A stretch of DNA of 64,000 nt from Clostridium sp. (GTDB taxonomy: Bacteria > Bacillota_I > Bacilli_A > RF39 > UBA660). The notes below the pieces were generated by a model, which was given only the letters and a program-made list of their open reading frames with translations, was not told the DNA's origin and did not search any database. The translations under genes and the position numbers were made by a program. Of the stretch, positions 1-14,267 are shown piece after piece (the first letter of the stretch is position 1; the number at the start of each line of letters is the position of its first letter). The stretch spans positions 71 to 64,070 of the forward strand of contig JAMPDH010000006.1 in assembly GCA_023665725.1 (NCBI GenBank), given 5' to 3'.

Positions 1-2240
<2,240 letters not shown>

Positions 2241-2431
2241 ATCACCATTTTTGTTATTTATCCTAATTTGATGAGATAATTTTAATGTCTTATATGTCAC
2301 TCATATAAGACTACCACATTATCAAGTTTTCAAAGAACAATTTCTTGGGAAAAATCCCAATTTGAGAGAAATAATCTCTCAAAACTAAGCAAAATGTATA
2401 TTTAGCTAGATACGATTTTATCTTTCTCCAT

Positions 2432-4003
<1,572 letters not shown>

Positions 4004-4113
4004 AAAATATTTAATTTTTTTTAATTTGAATTTTATTTCCTAGCTAAATTGAATTGACATTTTGCTCAGTTTTCAAAGATCATTTCTGCCTTTCTTTCAA
4101 AAAGCATAAATTT

Positions 4114-4142
4114 AATATATCACATGCTTTCAACTAAGTCAA
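4114..4142 (-). promoter_or_regulatory. rRNA promoter P2 (sigA-like): -35 TTGACT, 17 nt spacer, -10 TATATT
   Basis: Read on minus strand: TTGACT(4137-4142)-N17-TATATT(4114-4119), ~110 nt upstream of the 16S 5' end. Confidence 0.45.
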
Positions 4143-4217
4143 GAGAAAATTTTAAATTATTCAATTTTGTTTGAATTTCTTTTATTTCCAATGACTTTCT
4201 TCCCTAAAAGCATCAAT

Positions 4218-4246
4218 AATATATCAAATAGAAGTAGGGTTGTCAA
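4218..4246 (-). promoter_or_regulatory. rRNA promoter P1 (sigA-like): -35 TTGACA, 17 nt spacer, -10 TATATT
   Basis: Read on minus strand: TTGACA(4241-4246)-N17-TATATT(4218-4223); tandem with P2, as is typical for rRNA operons. Confidence 0.45.
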
Positions 4247-4345
4247 TACCTTTTTTTACTTTTTTAAAATTTTGTCTTTTTTTGTCGTTATTTTACGTAA
4301 ACTGTATAATATTTCCCATCTTTCTTCTTTATTATATGTGCAGTT

Positions 4346-4912
4346 TTAACTAAAATTACTATTTTTTGATTCTTCTTTTAATTTTTTATATTTTTCATAA
4401 TATTTTAAATTCGTACTTTGTGAAAACATCTCAATACCTTGTTTATATTTTTTTATCAAGTCAGTAAGAGCATTGTTTATAACTTTATCAAGTTCAACAG
4501 AATACTTCATTATCTTTTTGTGATAATTATATTCTAGCCTATCCAACACTTTATATTCGCCATCAGGAAAAATTCTTAAATCCAAATCATAATCTATATA
4601 TTTTATTGTTCCTTCTTCTATTATAAAAGGGGTTGCTATATTGCAATAATAATACATTCCATCTTTTTTTAATTGTGCTATTATATTAAACCACTCGTTT
4701 TTAAAAAAATACATAATAGCTGGTTCTTTTGTTTTCCACACGTTTCCCTCTGCTTCAATAACCTGTGCTTTATCGTTACCAAATACCATATAATCTTTTT
4801 TTATATCTAAAAGTATTGCCTCGCTCCAATAACGATGCACTTTTCCATTGTGTTTATAGCATTGTATTTCTAGTTTATCTCCTATACATATTTTTTTCAA
4901 TTTAACCACCAT
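4346..4912 (-). CDS. DUF402 family protein (Ntdp/FomD-like nucleoside di/triphosphatase fold)
   Basis: 188 aa; conserved DUF402-like blocks (KHNGKVHRYW, YIDYDLDLRIFPDGEYKVLD). Confidence 0.6.
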   Translation of the reverse strand: MVVKLKKICIGDKLEIQCYKHNGKVHRYWSEAILLDIKKDYMVFGNDKAQVIEAEGNVWKTKEPAIMYFFKNEWFNIIAQLKKDGMYYYCNIATPFIIEEGTIKYIDYDLDLRIFPDGEYKVLDRLEYNYHKKIMKYSVELDKVINNALTDLIKKYKQGIEMFSQSTNLKYYEKYKKLKEESKNSNFS

Positions 4913-5076
4913 ATTAATTATAGCACGATTTAAAATATAGGTATAGCATGTTTTAAAGCTGATTTTATGCTTTTTATATTAGCAAATTATATTTGATTTA
5001 TATATTTTATTAATAGTAATAAAATTAATGACAACAAAACCTTAATCGAAATTAAGGTTCTGTTAGTTTATAATAA

Positions 5077-6336
5077 TTATTTTATTAAATCTCTAGATAT
5101 TTCTATTGCTTTTTTCAACTGATTATCATTTTCTTCTACTGGATTTTCATAATATTTAATAGTTAAATCTATATTATAATCAACTTCAATCCCTTTTTCA
5201 TTTATCCACTCGCCCTTTGATGTTAACCAATGTTGAGTTGTAATTTTATATTGATAGCCATCTTCTTTGGTTATTAATTCCTGTACCGTTCCTTTTCCGT
5301 ATGTTTTTTCCCCAACTAATACTGCATTATATTGTTCCTTAAGGGCAGACGCCAATATCTCTGATGCAGATGCGCTATTTCCGTCTACCAATACGACAAT
5401 TGGATATTGCTTTGATATTTTTCCTGTAGAAAAATATTCCTTTATTCCTGACTTATCTTGTGTCTTATATATTACATGTTTGGAGTCTAGGAAAAGAGAT
5501 AACATATCTGTTACTACGCTAAGATGCCCTCCTGTATTTCCCCTTACATCTATAATTAAAGAATCAATGCCTTTTACTTCTAATTGTTCTAATTGTTCTT
5601 TAAACTGATCATATGTATTTGATGCAAATATTGAAATATATATATATCCTATTTTTTTATTATCTTCTTTTATTATTTTAGATGTTACAGAATTTAATTC
5701 AACATGTTCCTTATTAATGGTAATTTTAAGTTCTTCATTATCTCTTTTTATTGTCAAAACCATTGTTTTATTTTCGGATATCATTTTGACTACTTCATTT
5801 GTCGATAAACCGACAACTGATACATCATTTATTCTTTTTATTATATCATTTTGTTTTAATCCTGACTTAGATGCAGGTGTATTTTCGAATACTGTAACTA
5901 CAACTATATCTGAATCTGAATTACTGGTTATTTCAACTCCTAATCCTTCATAGCTCCCTTCTAGTAATCTATTAAAATTATTTGAATCATCATCTGTTAT
6001 GTGTGTCGTGTGTATATCAAGTGAGTCTAGCATCCCTGTTATAGCATTTTCAATTAATTTATTTTGATCGATTTCCCCATAATAATTATCTACTATAAAT
6101 TTATATGTATCATAAAATTCTTGGAGTGCTGAAGTTTTAATATTAGTATTCATAGTCCATGCACTAAATCTAAGACACAAAATATATCCGGTAGAAAAGC
6201 AAATTACTGCCACGGATATCATAAGTATTATTACCTCAACAGGTCTAAATAGTTGGAATTTTTTTTTGTTTTTCATGTTAGAAGCTGTAGTTGGTCTTTT
6301 AGTCGTTTTCTTTTGTTCCCTTGTTTCTTTTACCAT
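5077..6336 (-). CDS. ctpA: C-terminal processing peptidase, S41 family (CtpA/CtpB-like) with PDZ domain
   Basis: N-terminal TM segment, PDZ region, S41 catalytic blocks (VRGNTGGHLS, VVLVDGNSASASEILASALKE). Confidence 0.85.
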   Translation of the reverse strand: MVKETREQKKTTKRPTTASNMKNKKKFQLFRPVEVIILMISVAVICFSTGYILCLRFSAWTMNTNIKTSALQEFYDTYKFIVDNYYGEIDQNKLIENAITGMLDSLDIHTTHITDDDSNNFNRLLEGSYEGLGVEITSNSDSDIVVVTVFENTPASKSGLKQNDIIKRINDVSVVGLSTNEVVKMISENKTMVLTIKRDNEELKITINKEHVELNSVTSKIIKEDNKKIGYIYISIFASNTYDQFKEQLEQLEVKGIDSLIIDVRGNTGGHLSVVTDMLSLFLDSKHVIYKTQDKSGIKEYFSTGKISKQYPIVVLVDGNSASASEILASALKEQYNAVLVGEKTYGKGTVQELITKEDGYQYKITTQHWLTSKGEWINEKGIEVDYNIDLTIKYYENPVEENDNQLKKAIEISRDLIK

Positions 6337-6477
6337 ATTTTAGAGCGTATGCCCAAATCACCTCTTTTATAATAATGTTTTTATCCAATATTATTATATC
6401 ATGCATTTTATATTTAATATAATATTTATTTATATTAATTTGTCAACTTTACTAAAAAACATGGTATTACCATGCTT

Positions 6478-6999
6478 TTATTTTTTGTTAATCATTTGTT
6501 CTGATACTTTAATTATTTCTTCCTTGGTAGTATATTTTTCAACTATTTTTTTAGATTTTATTTTTAAAAGCGTAGTTGAATTAAATTTAATATCAGATAT
6601 TGAATCAATATCTAAATTTGCCTCATTTGAAATATATTGCTTATTAAATCCATCAGACATATCTATAGTATAATATTTTAAGGCTTTTTCTTTATTTGAA
6701 TAAGTTGATAAATATGTTTCGTATAATGAATTATATTTATCATTTTCCATTTCTATTAATACATAATATTCATCATCTGGTAAATTCAACATATTTCCTA
6801 CTAAAATTTTAGAATATTGTATAGTTGATTCTACAGTTTCATTTACTTTTTTTTCTTTTGTTACTAAATATGCTATCAAATAAAATATTGCTAAAATTGC
6901 TATTAATATAATTACTATTTTCAAATAGTTTATTCCTATATTTTCATCGGATATATGTGCATTTCTTTGTTTAATCTTACCCTTTGGCATAATAATCAC
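6478..6999 (-). CDS. hypothetical membrane protein (single N-terminal TM)
   Basis: 173 aa ORF with a hydrophobic segment (IVIILIAILAIFYLIAYLV); no recognisable motif. Confidence 0.4.
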   Translation of the reverse strand: MIIMPKGKIKQRNAHISDENIGINYLKIVIILIAILAIFYLIAYLVTKEKKVNETVESTIQYSKILVGNMLNLPDDEYYVLIEMENDKYNSLYETYLSTYSNKEKALKYYTIDMSDGFNKQYISNEANLDIDSISDIKFNSTTLLKIKSKKIVEKYTTKEEIIKVSEQMINKK

Positions 7000-7040
7000 C
7001 TAGTGGTAATTATATCATATAATATTTTTTTTGTAAATTT

Positions 7041-8036
7041 TTATTTTGTTACAGCCATAGGACTTAATGATTTTGCTACTGATATTAAATCTTCTTTTGA
7101 CATATCATCGGATGCTAAATAATACTCTATACCATTGCTTACCCATTCTATTGAATTTTCTGTTACACTTGCAACTGCACTTGTTAATAAATATGGTTCA
7201 CCATTAACTGGGATTAAATTTGTTACATCTGATACATTTGCAGTTTCTTGTATTAATATAAATGAATTATCTCCCGCAAATGTCATTATTATTCTCTCTC
7301 CATTTTCTTTAGAAACTTTATCTTCGCTAGAAAGGTAAGTATTTTGGGGCATATACATAGGATAAATTATTTCATCTATTGTTTTACCTGTTGTACTTTG
7401 ATTAGTATCTGAATCCATGTTTTTATTTAAATCAAAATAATTATCATCAAATGTACTATTATATTCTATATTACTTATTGTCATTTTCATTTTTAGCACA
7501 TTATTTTGATCAAATACTTCTATTTTATAGACGTTTTTTTCTTTATCAAAATATATTTTTTGATTTACCAATTCTTTATTAGAAGAATAATTAGCTTTTG
7601 TTTCCACAATATATCCATCGTTTGTTTGTTCAAAATTTAACTCTTCATTATTTTCCATATCCTTTAAAATTGTTTGCAGTAAATAGCTCTGTGAACTATT
7701 ATATGGCCATTCGCTTTGAAATTTAAAGCTTTTGTTTAATGATGGTGTAAGGACATAAATCCCATCATTATTTCTTAGTATAATTTGTTCATAATTGTTA
7801 ATCTTATTTTTTAGGCTTACTTTAAAATTATTTTCTTTTTTATAAGATACATTTACATCATAAGAATATGTATCATCATTATTTACTATTTCTAAAATTC
7901 CATCTAATTTGTAGCTATTACTATCATTAACTTTTTTAGAAAAATCTTTCACTAAATCTTCTACACTATACTTCCCACATCCAGTAAGTAAAAAACTTGT
8001 TAAAATTATAAACATTGTAATTAAACCTTTTTTCAA
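7041..8036 (-). CDS. lipoprotein (LolA-like/DUF4367-like fold suspected)
   Basis: Signal peptide plus lipobox LLTGC; 331 aa secreted protein. Confidence 0.5.
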   Translation of the reverse strand: MKKGLITMFIILTSFLLTGCGKYSVEDLVKDFSKKVNDSNSYKLDGILEIVNNDDTYSYDVNVSYKKENNFKVSLKNKINNYEQIILRNNDGIYVLTPSLNKSFKFQSEWPYNSSQSYLLQTILKDMENNEELNFEQTNDGYIVETKANYSSNKELVNQKIYFDKEKNVYKIEVFDQNNVLKMKMTISNIEYNSTFDDNYFDLNKNMDSDTNQSTTGKTIDEIIYPMYMPQNTYLSSEDKVSKENGERIIMTFAGDNSFILIQETANVSDVTNLIPVNGEPYLLTSAVASVTENSIEWVSNGIEYYLASDDMSKEDLISVAKSLSPMAVTK

Positions 8037-8142
8037 ATTTTCACCTCTATCTTTTCCATTAAAATTATATTTAATAAAAAATAAAATATGTGAATAAATA
8101 TTTATTTTTAGTCTATCATATTTAATAGTTAGGAGGGAAATA

Positions 8143-8340
8143 ATGGCAACCTTACAAAAAATTTGCTTGGTTTTTACAATTATTGGGGCTATAAATTGGC
8201 TATTAGTAGGTGCTTTTGATTTTAATCTAGTTGATTATTTATTTGGTGCTGCCAGCATGTTATCAAGAATTATATATATAATTGTAGGTATTGCGGGTCT
8301 TATTAACATTGGATTACTATTTAGTCATATTAATGAATAA
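8143..8340 (+). CDS. DUF378 family small membrane protein
   Basis: 65 aa, two TM helices; motif GAINWLLVGAFDFNLV is typical of DUF378; RBS GGAGGG upstream. Confidence 0.6.
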   Translation: MATLQKICLVFTIIGAINWLLVGAFDFNLVDYLFGAASMLSRIIYIIVGIAGLINIGLLFSHINE

Positions 8341-8407
8341 AACTAATAATAAATATAAATTTTAATTTTTTATTGTATTAAAATAAAAAGAAGACTTAAA
8401 TCTTCTT

Positions 8408-9796
8408 TTATTTTGCTACCAATTCTATTGATACTGTTGCTTTTTTAGGTACATATTCTACTCTTACATCTGACTGTTCTATGTTAACAGGAACATCATG
8501 TGTTCCTGCACCTAAATTAGATAAATCTACATAGACCATTATGTCATCCTTAGTAATATTGTCTATTACATTTTTTACACCTTTTACTGTAACGGTAATA
8601 GTACCATTATCTTTTGATGCTGTTGGGTTTAATCCTTCTTTTGCATTAATTCCATTTACAATTACATTTTCTATATCTCTTGTTGTTACTGTATCTACAC
8701 TTACATTTACTGTAACATTATTTATAGACATAGTTTTAACTCCTACAGGTTTAGGAAGTTCTAGTTTATATTCTTTATTATTTGCAAGTTGATTAACATC
8801 TACAGTAACTGGAATTGAAGTAATATCTTTTATGTCATTTGCTGAACCATATATCCATACTTCCTTAGTATCTAATTCTATTGTGTCTATGGCAAGCCCA
8901 AATGCGACTGTTCCACTTGGGATAACTTGAACTGGCACCAATTTTTTAGACTCACTTAGTTCTACTTCAACACTAGCAGTAGCTGGAATAATTTCTACAT
9001 CTACTACATTACCATCTTTGTCATACGCCTTAAGAGCAACATTATCTAAAACTTGCTTATCAAGGGTTTGAGAAGAAAGTTTATCTATATCAACTAATGC
9101 TTTTACAACTGCCACTTCTTTTATATACTTTCTAGCGCCTTTTACTATAACATTATCATCATCTATATTAATGCCCTCTATAGATATAGTTTCATTTAAA
9201 TGATCAGCATTTAAAATTTCAGGGGTCATCGTAGTTGAAATTGAATCCTTTTTATATATTGTTACAGTTGCAGTCGATGGATTTACACGATATTCAACAG
9301 CTGATAAACCTTGGTTATATTCAATTGCAACTTCTTGTGTTACTCCATCTAATGTACCTGCATATCTTTTTAAATCAACTGTTACATTTCCTATAACAGA
9401 TTGTTTTGCTATATATAAATCTGCTTTATTTCCTATAAGCATTATATCTACAGTTTCTGGAAGTCCTTCTATAAAATATGCTTCTGAATTATAGTCAGCA
9501 GTTACAGGTTGTCCTGACAAAACTTCTGCAGAACTTTCTGAATAAAATAATATCTTTTGATCTACAATTATAAATATTGCTATTGCAAATACTAATGATA
9601 TAAATAACAATGTAGTTTTTTTAGAAATCCAATTTTCTAAACCTTTTTTTTGATTGTTAATTTTAGAATCTATAAATAATATAAATTTTGTAATTGGATT
9701 TATAATAAATTTATCTATAACCTTCCATATTAATTCAAAGAAGGATTTTATTCCATTAATTACTTTCTTCATGTTGCTCCTCCTCTTTGTTTTCAT
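8408..9796 (-). CDS. cdaR: CdaR (YbbR-like domain protein), regulator of the diadenylate cyclase
   Basis: N-terminal TM followed by repeated YbbR-like beta-rich modules; lies immediately downstream of cdaA and overlaps it; the true start is probably the internal MKKVING (~9772). Confidence 0.75.
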   Translation of the reverse strand: MKTKRRSNMKKVINGIKSFFELIWKVIDKFIINPITKFILFIDSKINNQKKGLENWISKKTTLLFISLVFAIAIFIIVDQKILFYSESSAEVLSGQPVTADYNSEAYFIEGLPETVDIMLIGNKADLYIAKQSVIGNVTVDLKRYAGTLDGVTQEVAIEYNQGLSAVEYRVNPSTATVTIYKKDSISTTMTPEILNADHLNETISIEGINIDDDNVIVKGARKYIKEVAVVKALVDIDKLSSQTLDKQVLDNVALKAYDKDGNVVDVEIIPATASVEVELSESKKLVPVQVIPSGTVAFGLAIDTIELDTKEVWIYGSANDIKDITSIPVTVDVNQLANNKEYKLELPKPVGVKTMSINNVTVNVSVDTVTTRDIENVIVNGINAKEGLNPTASKDNGTITVTVKGVKNVIDNITKDDIMVYVDLSNLGAGTHDVPVNIEQSDVRVEYVPKKATVSIELVAK

Positions 9797-10592
9797 TTTC
9801 TTCTATTTCATCATCAAATATCATTTTTTTCGGTCTTAATTCATCTAAAAGCTTAATTTTTACTTCGTCTAAGGTTAGATTATATAGAAGTTCACCACTC
9901 ATCGTCATAGAAAGTCTACCTGTTTCTTCTGATACTATTAATGAAATACAGTCCATTTCTTCAGATATACCAAGAGCCGCTCTGTGTCTTGTTCCTAATC
10001 TTTTACTTATTTTTAAATTATCACTTGTAGGAAATACCGCTCCTGCACTCGTTATTTTATCACCCTGTATTATTACTGCGCCATCATGTAATGGGTTATT
10101 TGGGAAAAATATAGATATAAGTAATTCACTAGATATATCTGCATATAGTTTTTTTGATTTCTCTATATAATCATTTAAACTATTATCTCTTTCTATTGTT
10201 ATTAAAGCTCCGATCCTATTTTTCTTTAAATAATCCATAGCGTTTATTATTTCATATACCATTTTTTCTCTTTCATCAACAGTTAGAACTTTATGTCTTC
10301 CTAACAATTGACTACGTCCCAACTGTTCTAAAACATTTCTTATTTCTGGTTGGAATATTATTATAAGCGCTAAAGGTCCCCACATTATAACATAGTTAAG
10401 TATATATCCAAGTGTTGATAAATCGAGTATATCACTTAATATTTTAAGTATTATAATAAATAAAATTCCTTTAAATAGTAAAACCATTTTGACATTTTTT
10501 CTTAGATTTCTAAGTATATAGTAAAATACAAACCAAACTATTAATACATCTAAGAATTTTTTTATTAAAATAAATATTTGGTCGACTGTCAT
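9756..10592 (-). CDS. cdaA: diadenylate cyclase CdaA (c-di-AMP synthase)
   Basis: Three N-terminal TM helices plus a DisA_N (DAC) domain (ALITIERDNSL, LHDGAVIIQGDKITSAGAVFP, TRHRAALGISEE). Confidence 0.9.
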   Translation of the reverse strand: MTVDQIFILIKKFLDVLIVWFVFYYILRNLRKNVKMVLLFKGILFIIILKILSDILDLSTLGYILNYVIMWGPLALIIIFQPEIRNVLEQLGRSQLLGRHKVLTVDEREKMVYEIINAMDYLKKNRIGALITIERDNSLNDYIEKSKKLYADISSELLISIFFPNNPLHDGAVIIQGDKITSAGAVFPTSDNLKISKRLGTRHRAALGISEEMDCISLIVSEETGRLSMTMSGELLYNLTLDEVKIKLLDELRPKKMIFDDEIEENENKEEEQHEESN

Positions 10593-10635
10593 AAATTACC
10601 TCCTATGACATTATAACATACATTTTAAATTTTTT

Positions 10636-10669
10636 TTATAAAAAGCAGAAAGTATTTTTTCTTTCTGCT
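10636..10669 (-). terminator. rho-independent terminator separating the acidic-protein gene from cdaA
   Basis: Minus strand AGCAGAAAG-N8-CTTTCTGCT followed by TTTTAT; the 3' arm overlaps the stop codon of the 10668 gene. Confidence 0.55.
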
Positions 10670-12113
10670 AAAATTTCCATATATCATCTTCTAAATTATC
10701 ATTTAGTTTTTGATTTATTTTATCTAAACTATCCATGCTAGGTAGTTCTAAATCCTTTAATTGTTCAATCAAAGATTTTTCATAATTCACATCTTCTTGT
10801 TTAGAATTTTTATCAGATTCTATAGATATATCTTCTTCTTCTTTTAAATCAATATTTTTAATATTTTTATATAAATCTGGAGGAACTACTACATCATTTG
10901 AATCATCCTCTTTTGAACTTAAGATTTCATTTTGTGAAATGTCATCATTATTTTGTAAAGATATCTCATAAGTAAAATTGCTTGAACTATTGTCAGGATT
11001 ATAAATCTTATCAAAACCTTTATCTATATCCATTATAGATTCTAGATTATCATTGACTATATCCACTTTATTTTCATTTTGTTCTGCAGGTACTGTTTCT
11101 GAAATAGACGTATCATTTTGTATAGGTGTTTCATCTAATTTAGCTTTTTGTTCTTGTTGTATTGCGCTATTAACAGTATCTAGTATTACATCATCTTCTA
11201 AATTTCTAATTTTTACTTTACTATACAATTTATCATGTTCTGCTACTGGAATTGCCTTATTTGAAGCATTGCTAAAATCTATAGTTGGTGTTTCTTCTAT
11301 CTTTAAATCTTCTTTCTTAGAAATATCATCTTTTTCTTCTACTGAAATATTATTGTATTTTTCTAATAAAGCCTTTTCTTTTTCCTCTAACTCTTCCATG
11401 TCTTCACTAGAATTATCTTGGGCTTTAGTTTCATTTAAATCTTCATTTTGAGATATATCCTTTATAGAAGTATTAATCGGTCCAAACTCTGTAGTTAAAT
11501 CCATTGTAGAATACAAATCCTCTTCTTTTACAATAGCATTTTTTTCTAATACTTGTTCTAAATCTTGGGTTTTTAATAAGTCTTCTTGTTGATCAATTTC
11601 ATTAATATTAGATATATCTTCTTTTATTTCCATTTCTTGTACTGGCTGTTCTAATTCAATATCATTATCTGAATCTGCTTTAATACCAGTTTTAGAATCT
11701 ATATCATTTTGTATTGAAGAGTCAACTGATATTTCAGGTTCTATATATTTTTCCCCTTCAAACTTATGGTTTTTCTTTCTTGGGTTTTCTATTTCTTGAA
11801 AACTAACATCTAATTCTGCATCTTCTTGTACTACATCTTGAACTTCTTGCGTAGCATTTTCTTCAAGTTCTTTAGTTAAAACTGGTTCTTCGTTAATAAG
11901 GTCAGTTTCTTTTATATCATCAAAAATTTGTTCATTATTTTCTACTATAGAATTTTTTTCTTCTGATTTATTATCCTTTTTAGCAATTTTTACTTTCCCT
12001 TTTAATAATTTTTTCTTATCAACAAAATATCCTAATACCATAAATAATAAAACTAGTATTATGGCTAATATTAAAATATAGTTATCATTGATAAACTCCA
12101 TAACTTGTTCCAC
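10668..12113 (-). CDS. hypothetical membrane-anchored, highly acidic (D/E-rich) low-complexity protein
   Basis: 481 aa; N-terminal TM (ILILAIILVLLFMVLGYFV); the remainder is strongly acidic. Confidence 0.5.
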   Translation of the reverse strand: MEQVMEFINDNYILILAIILVLLFMVLGYFVDKKKLLKGKVKIAKKDNKSEEKNSIVENNEQIFDDIKETDLINEEPVLTKELEENATQEVQDVVQEDAELDVSFQEIENPRKKNHKFEGEKYIEPEISVDSSIQNDIDSKTGIKADSDNDIELEQPVQEMEIKEDISNINEIDQQEDLLKTQDLEQVLEKNAIVKEEDLYSTMDLTTEFGPINTSIKDISQNEDLNETKAQDNSSEDMEELEEKEKALLEKYNNISVEEKDDISKKEDLKIEETPTIDFSNASNKAIPVAEHDKLYSKVKIRNLEDDVILDTVNSAIQQEQKAKLDETPIQNDTSISETVPAEQNENKVDIVNDNLESIMDIDKGFDKIYNPDNSSSNFTYEISLQNNDDISQNEILSSKEDDSNDVVVPPDLYKNIKNIDLKEEEDISIESDKNSKQEDVNYEKSLIEQLKDLELPSMDSLDKINQKLNDNLEDDIWKF

Positions 12114-12230
12114 TTTTATTCCACCAACCTTATTCTTTTATTTTATCCATATAGTATATATATCATTATTTCAAATTTTTTTCAACAAAAATTGAAAATT
12201 AAAGTTAAAAATATGTAAATTATTTATATT

Positions 12231-12752
12231 TTAATCATATATGTAATTTTCACCTTTAAATGGTTCTTTTACTAATAAATTCGGAAAATCTTGTTGTCTT
12301 AATACCTCAAATAGTGCGATTGCAACAGAATTAGATAGATTAAGTGCACGTATATTATCATTCATAGGAATTCTAACACATTTATCAAGATTCTCATGTA
12401 ATATTTCTTTTGGTATACCTGTGCTTTCCCTTCCAAAAATAAGGTATATGTTTGATTTACTATTGCTATAATTACAAGTTGCATAACTTTTTTTAGAATA
12501 TCTAGTAAAGTAATAAAAATCACCTTTATTTTTTGATAAAAAGTCTTCATAATTTTCATAAACTTCATATTCGCAAAAGGGTAAATAATTGACTCCTGAG
12601 CGTTTTATACTTTTTTCATCTAATCTAAATCCAAGGGGCTTTATTAAATGTAATTTTGTATTTGTACCTGCACATGTTCTCATAATATTACCTGTATTTT
12701 GAGGTATTTCAGGCTGATATAAAACAATATTAATCATTATAAATAACTCCAT
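12231..12752 (-). CDS. trmL: tRNA (cytidine/uridine-34 2'-O)-methyltransferase TrmL (SpoU/SPOUT)
   Basis: 173 aa; SPOUT motifs (LYQPEIPQNTGNIMRTC, IFGRESTGIP, NLSNSVAIALFE). Confidence 0.85.
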   Translation of the reverse strand: MELFIMINIVLYQPEIPQNTGNIMRTCAGTNTKLHLIKPLGFRLDEKSIKRSGVNYLPFCEYEVYENYEDFLSKNKGDFYYFTRYSKKSYATCNYSNSKSNIYLIFGRESTGIPKEILHENLDKCVRIPMNDNIRALNLSNSVAIALFEVLRQQDFPNLLVKEPFKGENYIYD

Positions 12753-13269
12753 TTCTTATAAAAAGATTATTTACTTGTTCAACACTTATAAAATTATCAT
12801 TATATATATCACTTATTAATCCGTTTTTAAATATTATTAATGTAGGATTATTGTTATAATCTTGATATATAGTATCTTTGCTATAGTGATTCTGTAATTG
12901 CATCATAAATTCTTTATAATTTATATTATCAATATCTATGTAAACTATACTTTTATCTAATTTATTTTTAACAATAAAATCATAAAATTCTTTTTCAAAT
13001 TGTTTTGTTTCTTCATTTTCTAATACCGAAATATAAATAATGATATTAGAATTTTCTCTTAAATAATTATCTAAATTATCAATATTTGACATATTTTCAC
13101 TTGGTACTATTTCACGTAATATATTAGATAATGTAGATATTGAGTATTTATATGTCTTATAATTATTATAAAGCGCGGTTAAATATATACATATAACAAC
13201 TGATGTAATAATAACTATTAAAAATATAATATAATTTTTTTTAGGTATTTGTCTCAAAAATGCCACCAC
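12730..13269 (-). CDS. membrane-anchored thioredoxin-fold protein lacking a CxxC active site
   Basis: N-terminal TM; C-terminal Trx-like PTLIIFKNG motif; no cysteine pair. Confidence 0.5.
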   Translation of the reverse strand: MVAFLRQIPKKNYIIFLIVIITSVVICIYLTALYNNYKTYKYSISTLSNILREIVPSENMSNIDNLDNYLRENSNIIIYISVLENEETKQFEKEFYDFIVKNKLDKSIVYIDIDNINYKEFMMQLQNHYSKDTIYQDYNNNPTLIIFKNGLISDIYNDNFISVEQVNNLFIRNGVIYND

Positions 13270-13272
13270 CCA

Positions 13273-14259
13273 TTATCCATTTATTGTTTTTATATCTTCT
13301 ATTGTTACACCTGGTAATACAATACCTTCTTCCGCGCATAATTTTGCATATTCTTGTCTAAATTTTTCTAGTTCTTTTACTATAACATCTGGGTAAATTC
13401 TTTTGCTTGTTTTTATTGCGTTATAAACATCTAAAATTGTAACTTCGCTTCTATTTTCATAAAGCGCGAGTGAAAAAGCTTGTGTTAATACAGATAAAGA
13501 AACATCTGGATACATTGCTGCAAGACCATAAACTCTTTTATATTCTGATGTTGCTGTTACTATAGATGTTACAAGTTGATTTGTAATAAAATTACTATAA
13601 TTAAATTTTACTCCTGTTTGTTTTTCTATTTTAGGAATTGTTCCCATTAATATTTCTACTGTAGTTGCTTCTGTTGGTTCTAGGACATCAATTCGTTCAA
13701 ATCTTCTTAAAAATGCCCTATCTCTTATAACGTAGGTTTCATATTCTTGAGTTGTTGTAGCACCAATTGCTTTTATATCTCCTCTATCAAGTCCTGGTTT
13801 TAATATATTAGCAAGATCCATTGGGCCATCATTTCCACCACCTATTAATGTGTGAATTTCATCTATAAATATTATTGTTTTAGTTAGTTTTTTTAATTCT
13901 TCTACAAGTAAAGAAATTATTAATTCTTCTTTGCCATCTACTGTCATTTTGCCAACTAAAGATGTAGAGTTTATTTTTATTATTTTATACCCTTGTAAAG
14001 CAACTGGCACTTGATTTCTTTGTATTAAATAAGAAAGCCCTTCTACTATTGCGGTTTTACCAATACCAGCCTTACCAACTAATAATCCTGATTTTTCAGG
14101 AGTAAGCAATATAACTATTAATTTTTTTATTTCTTCTTCTCTTGCTATTGCAGGATTGGTTATATAAGTTTTTGATGTTAATTCTTCACCATAAGTATCT
14201 AGTATTGGAGTTTTTATTGACCCTTTTCCAAAATTAATTATTTCTATATTTTCTTCCAT
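13273..14259 (-). CDS. stand-alone Clp/Hsp100 D1-like AAA+ ATPase (no N-domain, no D2)
   Basis: 328 aa; aligns to the ClpA/B/C D1 module (GKAGIGKTAIVEGLSYLI Walker A region, IIFIDEIHTLIGGG Walker B, LKPGLDRGDIKAIGATT, AFLRRFERIDVLEPT). Confidence 0.7.
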   Translation of the reverse strand: MEENIEIINFGKGSIKTPILDTYGEELTSKTYITNPAIAREEEIKKLIVILLTPEKSGLLVGKAGIGKTAIVEGLSYLIQRNQVPVALQGYKIIKINSTSLVGKMTVDGKEELIISLLVEELKKLTKTIIFIDEIHTLIGGGNDGPMDLANILKPGLDRGDIKAIGATTTQEYETYVIRDRAFLRRFERIDVLEPTEATTVEILMGTIPKIEKQTGVKFNYSNFITNQLVTSIVTATSEYKRVYGLAAMYPDVSLSVLTQAFSLALYENRSEVTILDVYNAIKTSKRIYPDVIVKELEKFRQEYAKLCAEEGIVLPGVTIEDIKTING

Positions 14260-14267
14260 TCTTTCAC

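Noticed and set aside
2241-2431. Possible tRNA in the 16S-23S spacer
   Set aside because: The spacer is ~190 nt with no cloverleaf/T-loop (GTTCGA/GTTCAA) signature; no tRNA called.
4167-4349. 60 aa plus-strand ORF upstream of 16S
   Set aside because: Lies in the rRNA promoter/leader region, low complexity, no RBS.
12362-12568. 68 aa minus-strand ORF
   Set aside because: Nested in an alternative frame inside trmL.
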